A DNA stretch of 57,538 nucleotides, the filler included, from Bipalium vagum (lineage: Eukaryota), in NCBI GenBank assembly GCA_037834085.1. It is 3 parts of 3 records of this genome, joined end to end, with 100 filler letters (N's around TTAATTAATTAA, not from the genome) between each part and the next. Parts side by side here need not be neighbours in the genome. Positions count along the whole stretch, not along the records: positions 1 to 15,931 come from JBBMKC010137280.1; positions 16,032 to 38,512 come from JBBMKC010220907.1; 1 more part is not named here. The stretch is one strand, 5' to 3'. A program made the position numbers and the translations under genes. Positions within the stretch are counted from its first letter, which is position 1, and every line of letters begins with the position of its first letter. Below are positions 12,200-22,700 of the stretch, in pieces. The notes under the pieces were generated by a model that did no database searches, was not told the DNA's origin, and saw only the letters and a program-made list of their open reading frames with translations.

Positions 12200-12742
12200 C
12201 GTCAACATTTTCATTCATCATTTATCTTTGAGTTTTAGCAATGTTGCTAATCAATTATAATTAATATTAATATGAATATATTATTAATTATTATTATTAT
12301 TATCATTATTATTAAATTTAATAAATACTTTATTAATAAATAAAACTTTAATTAATTATGTAAGGATTTGTCAAATATACCTGCTTACTTCTCTAAAAAT
12401 TGGGCTTGACTTATTATTATTATATTAATACCATTTGATAATAAACAGACAAAGTCAGCCATTAATCACTCTGGAAAGGTATAGTTATCATGAGTTATTT
12501 ATCTGTTTTACTGACAATTTATTGTAGAAGAAAATATCTTTATTATTATATTTATTTATTTATTTATTTATTTATTAATTTATTTATTTATTTATTATAG
12601 AAAATATTTATTACTTATAGGGTGGATTTAAAGCTTCACTCATTAAAACAATATGATACATTTATAATAATTTTTACAATTAAATAAAGTAAATTCCTAT
12701 AGAGAATTGTTCATTAGAATTAAAGGGTAATTCTTTGATCTA

Positions 12743-14647
12743 TAGTACGTTAATTAAATCTTTTTAATTAATTTTTTATAATTGTATGAATTTGGAACTG
12801 TTTCAATGAATTAAGATAGATTTCATATTGATTCATTGATACATTTCTAATTCAAAATTGAAGTTTTTATTTAGAAAAAATAGTTTCATTTATCTTGAAA
12901 GAAAATAGAATGGTAATTGTAGCACTTCGCCGTGCGCGCAAAATCTGGAGTGAAGTTATTGAAATAATGAAGAAAACATTTAGAGTTGTGATATGTCTAA
13001 ATGAGGTTGTCATAAATTGGTTAAGAACTTTAATGACCAAGGAATCGGAGAAGGTAAACCAAAAAATGACAAGGTCAACAAATTCTCTCACAGAGATAGA
13101 CGATGAATTAAGAGGTTATCCCCACGGAGCCGGTTTTCCATTTTAAGCTCCACTGCTCATCAATATTATTAGCAATTTGGAAGGACAATTAGTAAAGATT
13201 GCATACAAAAAATTTAGGCAGTTTTCCTTTAAAACGATATGTTGCGTTACAAAAACCTTTACTAAATTTTAAATGGGAATTATTGTATATTTAGCTTCAG
13301 GTCAGAGATGGATGGCATTCGTTTTTACTTTCAAATGTAAAATTATTCAAAATGAATTCAAATAAAAGAAAGCAAAATGTAACATATAGAAACGATGAAA
13401 GACTAAAGAAAGATTGTTACATAAAAAAATTTAAACATGGAATACAGGTCTAAGTTTTTTGGGATCATTTCCATCAATGGAGTTGATCCAATTAGATGAA
13501 TTAAAAGAATTGTATTAGGTTGCTCTGAAATGAATGTCGGTTTTTGACTTTTAACTTTTTAAGTAAACATTTTCAAGTAAGACTAAAGTTTATCCACTTC
13601 TCATCAGTCGTCACAATCCGGTCGAGAAAAGGATCATTACTGTTGCGCAAAATGTGAAAAGACGTAAGTTCAAAACGTCGATTTTTCTGATTTTCGTTTA
13701 GGTCGTGTCGGAGTCACGTGTTGAACTTTTTGGACTTCCAAATTTCTTTCAGATGAGTCGAAATTGCTCCAATTGTTACACCTAACTCTCTAACTGTGTA
13801 CGTGGATTCAACTCCATCAATGCTTTCAATTCGTCATTATTGATTGAACTTCTTCGACCAAAACCTTCTTTATCTTCGAGTGTCTCGCCTCCTTCGCTAA
13901 ACTTTTGAACGTAATTTTACGTAATTGATTATTTTCCATGTTACCTTAAAACATTAATAATAGCGTTATTTAAAGTTAAATAATTACGAAATGCTTACAA
14001 AATATAATTTAAATTTCACGCCTTAAAATGATATATAAAATATATTAAAACAACACAAAATTATGATAAACTAACATTACATAAAATAGATTTATAAAAC
14101 CGATATACATTTCTAAACAACCGAAATTCCCCGAAATATTAAGATGAAGTTATTTATCATATTGGCATTTGCGCTGGAATTTCCAAACAAAGAGTTTAAA
14201 TTGATGAAAGATAATTGTCCTATACTTGTTTCGAAATCAACAATATAATTTTTGAATTGCAATAATAACCCTTTATGTATTTGGCCTGGAAATTCCCCAG
14301 ATGTCAATTTTATAGAAAATCTATCGGGATTTATAACTTTGGAATTCAGAAAATTCGTTTTTGCAAATGTAGATGAATATTGGAAGGAGATCCAAGATTT
14401 ATACTTTAATATCCTTACAGAATATATACATGGATTACATGAGCCATTGTCATACAGACTGGCTGCCATTGTCAAAGCTAGGAGAGGTGTAACAAAATTT
14501 TAATTTCCAAATTATACTTATTGTTATAATTATTGTTAATATGTTCAAATATATAAATAAATAAAAATATAATTTTTTTGTGAAATTTCTTTTGAATAAG
14601 ATTTTTCAATAAAATTGAGAGCGTGGACAGACTTAATTAACGTACTG
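12743..14647 (+). mobile_element. Tc1-like element with terminal inverted repeats and TA target-site duplication
   Basis: TA|TAGTACGTTAATTAAATC at 12741 matches the reverse complement of GACTTAATTAACGTACTG|TA ending at 14649. WPGNSPDVNFIENL...KARRGVTKF in ORF 14252..14503. Confidence 0.8.
13520..14100 (-). mobile_element. mariner 5' fragment nested inside the Tc1-like element
   Basis: Minus strand gives KFSEGGETLEDKEGFGRRSS and DPFLDRIVTTDEKWINF. Confidence 0.75.
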
Positions 14648-15850
14648 TAATTTGGAATTTGCTGTGGAATAAGTTGAATTTGGATCACGACTGTCTATGT
14701 TCTGAGTCAAAAGTGCACCTTTCTTCATGGGAGTCTTCACAAATTATTATTTATGTAAAGTATTTTCAATTTTCTTTTCTATGATACAACGAAGATTTTT
14801 AAATATATGCTTTTATTCTGAAATCAAACTTATAAAATTGGAAAACATAATAAGTAGATCATTAAAACAAACAAATAAACTTAGTAAAACACTTTATTAA
14901 GAGAAGTTATATTTATTGAAATAGTTGAAAATTTTTTATATTAGATTAGGTAGAATAAGACAGTAAAAGAAACAATTGTTATGCTTATTTGTGATTTCAC
15001 CATTGATAATAAATGTTTTCATTTATGTATATATTATAGTGGTTTTAATTAACTGAGCACTTTTGCATCAAGTTCAATTTGTTATATCTTTACAACGACA
15101 AACATTAATATTATTATAATGGTAGTTATTGTATTTGTTGTATTTTTACTGATATTACATCATCTTAAAGAAATAAAACAATAAATAAGTAAATAGTATA
15201 TAAAATCACAAGGTCCACCAAGGGGTGACCTAAACTTTAAAATACGTAATTTTCAATATTAGTTATGGTAACCTGGAATCTTGTTTTGTCATTTACTACT
15301 TACATTTTTAATCAATATAATAGAAAGTAATTTTAAAAACAATTCTAAATATCAATATTTTTGAAAATTTTGGTAATCAATAATTTTTGTATCCATTTCC
15401 TTACTAAATAAATTTTTAATTATTATAAAAATATTAACAAATGAATATGAAAAATAATTAAAAAATAAATATTAATAAACCTCGAATTTTTGGATAAAAA
15501 TAAAATCTAATATTTAATCTTAACCTTAAAAATCTGCAATTTTTAAAATGATGGCGTCAATATTTTATATACTACTTTTATTATTAATTAATATAATTAA
15601 ATTTTATATTTAAAGCCATAAAAATTTTATTTTAATTAATCTTAAATTTTAATGTAATAAACACTTTAATCTTAAAAAAATGATTAAAACATTGAATGAT
15701 GATTTATTTTCGAAAGTTAATTCCAATTTCAAAATTATATTAATATATTTTTTAGATTTAAAATTCAATTAGAACATTAATTACATATTTTAAAAGAAAA
15801 AACTTTTATAAGAAAAATAATTTTTGTTTTATTACAAGAACATTATATGG

Positions 15851-15856
<6 letters not shown>

Positions 15857-15931
<75 letters not shown>
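15857..15931. repeat. (AAT)n microsatellite abutting a gap
   Basis: Direct read. Confidence 0.95.
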
Positions 15932-16031
15932 NNNNNNNNNNNNNNNNNNNNNNNNNNNNNNNNNNNNNNNNNNNNTTAATTAATTAANNNNNNNNNNNNN
16001 NNNNNNNNNNNNNNNNNNNNNNNNNNNNNNN
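15932..16031. other. Assembly gap: 44 N + TTAATTAATTAA linker + 44 N
   Basis: Identical 100-nt construct at 38513-38612. The 12-mer puts stops in all six frames, as expected of an artificial contig spacer. Confidence 0.95.
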
Positions 16032-16640
16032 TTTTATATCTGAATAAGATATATTACTCAGACCTGGTGCGGTATTCTTAACACCTTTCATTATCCTATG
16101 AATTTCATCAGATGAGAGTGGATAAAAGTCAAAGTAAGAACCCTGTTTTATTAGATTTTTGAGATCTGTATGATGCCAGTAAACTGAAGGTGGAGAGATT
16201 GACTTTTCATTATAGTAATTTTAGATGTTTTATATAGATGGATTGCGGTCAGCTACTGTTTTGTCAATTATTATTTGGAAGGCACTCGCCGGTTTGTATA
16301 AGAAGACTTTTCGAAGATTGTAATCTGTTACAAGTCTTTTTATTGATGATTGTCCCAGAAACAATCGTTTTTCCTTTATTGGACGCATCTCGTATATAAA
16401 TTTTACAATTTCATTATCAGCTTCATCGCTTGAACATTTTAATTGCTTAATGTCATCCAGGAGTTTAGCAGCGAGTTGTACTCTATAAATGTACGTATTT
16501 TGTACTTTTACATGTGAAAGTATGAATCTTAATCTAATATCTTTTATTTGCCTGCTTATGAGCTGTGCCGTGCTTACTTTGATTTTATTGGTGTTAATTA
16601 TTATAATTTATGTTATTAATGTTTTCATTTTTGTTCATAT
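16032..16640 (-). mobile_element. RLE-type (R2/R4/NeSL/HERO-like) non-LTR retrotransposon, region just upstream of RT, truncated by the gap
   Basis: About 175 codons in one frame with only two TAA stops: ...YNLRKVFLYKPASAFQII...YPLSSDEIHRIMKGVKNTAPGLSNISYSDIK, matching RT domain 0 (P....EI...L....TAPGPDGI.Y..LK). Confidence 0.7.
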
Positions 16641-16655
16641 CATTTTTTTATTTTA

Positions 16656-17929
16656 TCAGGTTGAACGTAAAGTTCTTGTCAAATTCTAAACAAAAATAAA
16701 AACCAAAAATTTTTTAACAAAGATATTTATTTAATCCAAAATATAGTTTTCATTATTTTCAAAAACTTGTCTCCGTCTATCTGATAAACCATCGATACCC
16801 CTAGCAAAAAAATCTTCGGATTTGGACTCGAAACAAGTCACAAGAGCCGATTTAAGATCACTCGAATCAACGAATGATCTCTGGTCCACATAATTTTGCA
16901 AGGTACGAAATAAATAGTAGTCCGAAGGAGCAATGTCAGGCGAATATGGAGGGTGATTAAAAACTTCCCAACCCAGTTCATGTACCTTCCGATAGGTTTT
17001 GATTGCAACGTGTGGCCTTACATTAATTGGTGTAAAATAACACCCTTTCGATTGGCTAAATTCAGACATTTATTTCGGATTTCATATCATAATCGTGTCA
17101 ATTGTTCACAGTACAGATCGGCTGTAATTGTTTCACCAGGTGGTAACAATTCGAAATGTATAATTCCCTTGCTATTCCACCAAATAGAAATCATGGTCTT
17201 TTTTGCATGGATATTTGGTTTTGATGTGGTAGGAACTGGTTCACCTGGTAAGACATAAGCTCTTTTACGCGTGAAATTACTGTGACAAATCCATTTTTCG
17301 TCTCCGCTAATCAATCTGTGAAAAAACGGATCGTTTTCATATCGTAAAAGGAGAGAAGAACGTACAAAAACACGGTCCATTTTGTTTTTTTCTGTGAGAT
17401 CATGAGGTACCCATTTTTTTTTGAAGAAATCCTAGTTTATGAATATTGGTTGTAATAGCTGTTTGTGAAATCTGGAGTCTCTTCGCTAAGTCTCTTTTGT
17501 AGAAAATGTGTCTGCTATTAATTCAGACTTCAAGATGGCATCATCAACAACAGAAGGCCTGTCTGAACGTGGTTTATCTTATAAGCTAAAATTTTCATTT
17601 TTGGAATTTTTGAAACAAGAACCGAACTGTTCTATCGTTTACAGTGTCCTTTTCGAATACCTCTTGCAAAATTTCTGGTTGCCTCATTCGCACTGTTCTT
17701 CTGAAATTCGTACAAGATACAGTGTCTTATATGTTCTTTGTCATAATTCATTTTACCGCTAAAAAAATAGAAAGATAATTCAGATAAACAAATGATTTTT
17801 TTATTAATATAATTTAATACATTACTCATCAAATGATAATATATAAATTTATTGTAATGCATCAGGATATTTTTTATTTGAGTTATAACATAATATTAAA
17901 AATTGGTAAGAACTTTACGTTCAATCTAA
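16656..17929 (-). mobile_element. Full-length (1274 bp) inactive mariner, DD34D
   Basis: Inverted repeats TCAGGTTGAACGTAAAGTTCTT / TTAGATTGAACGTAAAGTTCTT, both flanked by TA. Motifs WVPHDL, SGDEKW and HPPYSPDIAPSDYYLF across frameshifted ORFs. Confidence 0.95.
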
Positions 17930-18013
17930 TACTACATGTATTATTTTTATTATTAATAATTATATATTATTGTGTTTTAATATTATTAATGATCTATTAT
18001 ATTATACTTTACG

Positions 18014-18352
18014 GATTGATAGATCGTTTTCAGGTAACACTTATTTTATTTTACATATTTTTCAGATCCTCAGAGCTTGACTGGTAGGTATGATTTAATA
18101 TTATTTTTACATTAGTAACTTATTTTCAGTGCTTGACTAACTGCTTTTAGGTACTACTTATTTTATTTTATTCATGATTTAATTTTTTTAGATCCACAGA
18201 ACTGGACTCCAGCACTATTAGTAATTTTTTATTCCTTATTTTATTTTATTCAGGTATTCCATTCCAACGGATGGCCTCCTTTTCTAGTTTCAAGTGGGTA
18301 TGCTTTAAAGTAATTTTTGATTCAATTACTTTGTGAATAATCAAAATTGTAG
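18014..18352 (+). repeat. Micro-exon array copy A
   Basis: GT-AG introns 18034-18065, 18088-18129, 18151-18191, 18221-18253 and 18298-18352 separate exons of 22, 21, 29 and 44 nt. Confidence 0.55.
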
Positions 18353-18399
18353 GATTTGATCAAGCTGAAGCCAAGAAGTGATGCAAAAGCTGCCGTTAT

Positions 18400-18980
18400 C
18401 AACAAAATATTACGGTCTATTGAGTGTGGTTTTCATGCTGGAGGTCTTTTTGTTCGTCATTCAATGAAACTGGAAAACCGGTTGAGTAAATGGGGAAAGA
18501 TATCGCTCCATGTCAAAGAAATGTTTTTCTGCAATTATCAGATCATCAGTTGTGTGATGTGGTTTCAACAGGAAGGCTCTAATTTCTACACAGCTGATCA
18601 AACAATCCAATTGTTGAAATCAAAGTTTGATGAGAGTCTTATTTCAAGAAATGGAACAATCAATTGACTGCCTCGTTCGTGCGATTTGGATAGACTTGAC
18701 TTTTTCTTTTGGATAGATGTCACATCATTGGTCTTCAGCAGCAACTCAAACACTTTGGTAGCTTTCAAGACACATTTCCTGGAATTTCATCTGATTTGTG
18801 TAAAAGAGTAATGGAATTTTTTTCCAACAATTTGGCATCTGCAAACGTGCTGTAGGACATACGAGTGAAGTTAAGTCCCATAATTAATGGTAACCTGTGT
18901 AAATTAGTTTTTATTCATATATCAAATACAAATCTTTCTATTCGAAAAAAGAAATACGTCATATTAATTGAACACATTAT
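18400..18980 (+). mobile_element. DD41D (rosa/visitor-type) Tc1/mariner 3' fragment
   Basis: WFQQEGS...LISRNGTIN*LPRSCDLDRLDFFFW; 41 residues between the second and third catalytic positions. Confidence 0.75.
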
Positions 18981-20005
18981 AGTACTTTTGTAATTATAAT
19001 TCTTTCGTTTCTACACTGTTGGTTAAGAGAAATTTGTTCCCTTTCCACAGGAATACATATAATAACAGAAATCATATAATTTTTTATTAAAAATGTGTTT
19101 ATCAATTAATTACTAATTAAAAGTAATTAAACTAATTTAACCAATATTTTTAATATTAATTTATGGAATTTTCCTAAAAATGAAGAAGCAATGAAATATT
19201 TGAAACAAAAAATTATTGCAACAAAGAAATCCAGAAATGGGCATACAATGAAAATATTTCTCATGAATTTTTTAGAAATGTAATACTAAAAATTAAAAAT
19301 AGGAAATTGGTATTCATTTAAATTTTGTTACAATAATCCGTCTCATATATGCCTGGTTCTATGAGACCTCCGGTGTGAAATGGTGTAAGCATGAACTAGG
19401 AATTGGAACAATTATATGGGAGAGATTTGTATTTCCAGCCTGATAAATCGAGTAGTTCATAAGATTGGTGGGGAGGGAATGATAGTTGAGATGGATGAGA
19501 GTTTGTTCATAAGGTGTAAAAATAATTCTGGACGCTTTTTACAACATGGATTTTCGGAGGAATTTGCCGTCAAACAGAAAAGTTTTTCGTGGTTAAAGTT
19601 CCACTCCACTCTACTTCAGGTCTATTATCCAAAATTGTGGAATGCATATTGGAGGAATGTGTTTATACTATAATTGCTGGCATAGATATCAAACACCAAG
19701 AGATCGAAAAATTTGGTTTCCATCATTTAACTGTAAATCATCGACATAATTTTGTTGGTAGAGGAACGACACGACACCATCTTGATAGCTATATCGCATA
19801 ATTCGTTTTGAGGACACAACTAGGTTCTAGTGTTGGCATTTTGGACCAGATTTTGTTGGAAATATAAAATTTTAATTGTGCAAAATATTGGCTTTTGATG
19901 CAATAAAGTCTTCTGCATAATACTTTAAATAAACTAAGTATTTTTAATTGGTGAATAAATAAAAAATTATATGAAAAAGTGTTGGGCGATAACAAACAAG
20001 TACCC
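18980..20005 (+). mobile_element. Merlin/ISXO2 (IS1016-like) DNA transposon remnant
   Basis: KIGGEGMIVEMDESLF..KNNSGR and GFHHLTVNHRHNFV in frameshifted ORFs 19416..19801. Ends approximate. Confidence 0.8.
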
Positions 20006-20399
20006 AACTATTTTATTATGTTGTTTCGGTCAATCTTATTAAATACTTTCTTCGTGATATACTACAAAGTTTCTCGCCTGATTTCTCTTTCCTTGGTCTT
20101 CCTACCGGACTGTTTCCTGGTTTTGCCAGACGTAGTCTGGATTATTCTGGCTCTATTATTTCTTTTAATTAGGCAGTTTGAATTTCTTCCCTTTGTTGTT
20201 CTATTGGCAGTATTCTACTGGTCTCTTAATATCTTTATCAGAATTACTGATTCAGCATTCCACACCTTCACACTAAGCCCACATTATTCCTCATTGCTTC
20301 AGGTAATTCTCTATCTACTTGGTCAGTTGAATTTAACAGTTTATCTGTCCTGTTTCCGATTAATCTTGGCTGTCCAAATTGTCCACTTGTACCGCTAAT

Positions 20400-21000
20400 A
20401 TTATTTCAATATTTTCCCCAAAACTCGTAAAGTAACCATCAATTCTGTTGCTTGAGTTAACAGATTCATGATTTTTTTTTGACCTCGTAGTGCTCTGGCG
20501 AATTTTTTTTCCAAAGATTGTCACGGTTCATGGACCATGTAGCCCGAAAGCTCTCTGAGCAACAATTTCAAATTGATAAGTATGCTCTCCCAACGGATCA
20601 TCTGTGGAACATTTGTCTGTTCACTCTACTATTGTCTTGAACTTGGCAACCATCTCCTCATGTGCTGCTCCCTAACACCATCAAAGCAATGCTCAGCACA
20701 TCCATCAAAGTCGATTAATGTCTTCTGGTTTTGATGGATTAGGCTCCCATTTAGTGTCAATCCCTGCATTCTGCCTCTACATGACGCCTTTCTGGTGTCA
20801 CCACATTTAAAATCTTTGCACAAACTCTTTCCATTTTTGGTTTTTCAAGCTGTGCTTGACATCACAATTCATCCTTGAAAGCATGTCTGCATTTGAATGT
20901 GCGGTACTTTTTCTGTACTCTAGTTTCATGTCGAGGGTCCTAAGGTAATTGATCCACGTTTGAAATTGTGACGTATTTGGTTATTGCTTTATGATGCATA
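20400..21000 (-). mobile_element. Ty3/gypsy pol fragment (RNase H end and downstream)
   Basis: Minus strand gives HHKAIT...TWINYLRTLDMKLEYRKSTAHSNADMLSR (cf. RW...L..FD..I.YR.G..H.NADALSR). Confidence 0.75.
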
Positions 21001-21423
21001 CATAATGTTAAGCGTTTAAACAAATAAATAATGACTAAAATTATACAAAAGTAATACACAGTCAGCAGATCTTTCCGTGTCACACAGTATCCTTTTTCAT
21101 GAACGTTCATTGAGTGTGAGTCATCTGCTACTACTCTTTCATGACCATTTGAATCCTCTTGTTATGAAACTGTGCCTACAAACAATATTGAAAACAATTA
21201 ATAATCACACAAATAATAATAAATGTTTAAAGTTCACCGAAAATACACTAAAGTTGCTAAAAATATATTAATTACGTGAAAACATTTTATTCTTGATTTT
21301 AGTAATTAATAAACATTATGATTTTATTTTTTTTATTTTATGTGAGAGATTTGTAACTGACGATCACCAAATTCTTCTACAAATAATTATTATTCTCATT
21401 ATTCTTATTCTTATTAATATTAT

Positions 21424-21790
21424 TGTTAAGTCTCTTAAATTTGGAGCTAACACTAAGAGCTTAACGGGTAGAAGGTTATTTTATGCGTGAACGAAATATG
21501 AATTTTAAATTGACTAAAAGAAATAATTGATTATCAAACCTTTATTGACACTAAAAAGTGAATTTACAAGGCAAGAGTGATTACTGTTTGAACCATCCTC
21601 TGCAAGAAAACTTTCCCGAGTTTAGGATTAATTAAAGCAAGGATATCTTTTCGCACTGATAAAAATATCAGTGTCTCAAAAGCCCTCAAAGATAGGTAAT
21701 TCACCACCATAATTAGTGCGTGAACTATAAAAAATAAAAAGATCTGCGACAGAAGTAAAGAAATAAACAAAAGCAATTATTTGATTTTAA
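21424..21790. mobile_element. Solo-LTR-like repeat, 3'-truncated copy of 44722-45104
   Basis: Near-identical direct repeat, e.g. TTTTCGCACTGATAAAAATATCAGTGTCTCAAAAGCCCTCAAAGATAGGTAATTCACCACC in both copies. Confidence 0.8.
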
Positions 21791-21990
21791 AACTGTTTGA
21801 TGATGAATCCCCAACTCCTGAGCTATTTCGTGTATATTCCTGTCTTCTTCTACCTTCCTAATTATTTTATCGACTTTTTCACAAATTGGTCGGCCAGGAT
21901 GAGGTGTGTCTTTGACATCAAAATTTCCGGAACGAAATTTAGCGAACCATTCACGGACTGTTCTATCCGAAACAGTATTTGCTCCATCTG
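21785..21990 (-). mobile_element. mariner N-terminal fragment
   Basis: Minus strand gives VSDRTVREWFAKFRSGNFDVKDTPHPGRP...EIAQELGIHHQTV. Confidence 0.85.
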
Positions 21991-22009
21991 CTGTCTTTCA
22001 AAATCCTGA

Positions 22010-22700
22010 AAGGAAATATGAATTCAGGTGGATATATTAAGTTTTTGTTTGAAAATTTTGTGCCTATAATAAAATTAAATTATTTAGAAAATTAGTGGTT
22101 CCAATAGGATAATTCTTTGGTGCACAAATGTAAGAAAGTGCAGGAATTCATGAAGAAATCAGGTATATCAGTATTGGAATGGCCGACAAAAAGCTCAGTT
22201 TTGAATATTGTTGAGGACCGCTGGAAAACAATATCAGATCTAATCAACGATAGAAATCAGTTCAATGGTAAGGATGGTTTAGTTGAAAAATTACTGCCGT
22301 CATAAATCGTCTTAATGTCAACATTTGATACAAAGTTATTGATTTATGCAAGTCAATTAGATGTCGCTTATGTACAGTATTAGAAAAGCATAGTGATTTT
22401 TATAAACAATATTGAAAACCCACTTTTATATATATTTATATTCCTTATTTTGAACTCGCTTAGTAATCAATTTTAATAATTTTTTGAACCCCAGTTTTAA
22501 ATTTTTATGTTTTAATAACAATAATAACATCAATGATCATAATTTATAATGATTAGGGAAATATAAATTTTACAGGTTTTTATCTTAGTACATAAAAACT
22601 GGTCATGAAAATTAATAGTTTTTTATTAATATCACAAAAATTAATAGTTTTTGTCAATTTTTACGGAGTCTCCACAATAATATATCATGTAACTACAGTA
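22010..22700 (+). mobile_element. Tc1-like 3' fragment
   Basis: Q*DNSLVH...VLEWPTKSSVLNIVEDRW in ORF 22117..22305. Confidence 0.75.

Noticed and set aside
15976-15987. TTAATTAATTAA palindrome within N runs (also 38557-38568)
   Set aside because: Identical 44N-12-44N construct twice; an artificial six-frame-stop scaffold linker.
18014-18352. CRISPR-like repeat-spacer reading of the periodic arrays
   Set aside because: No identical direct repeats, no cas genes, eukaryotic context; the periodicity is defined by splice signals.
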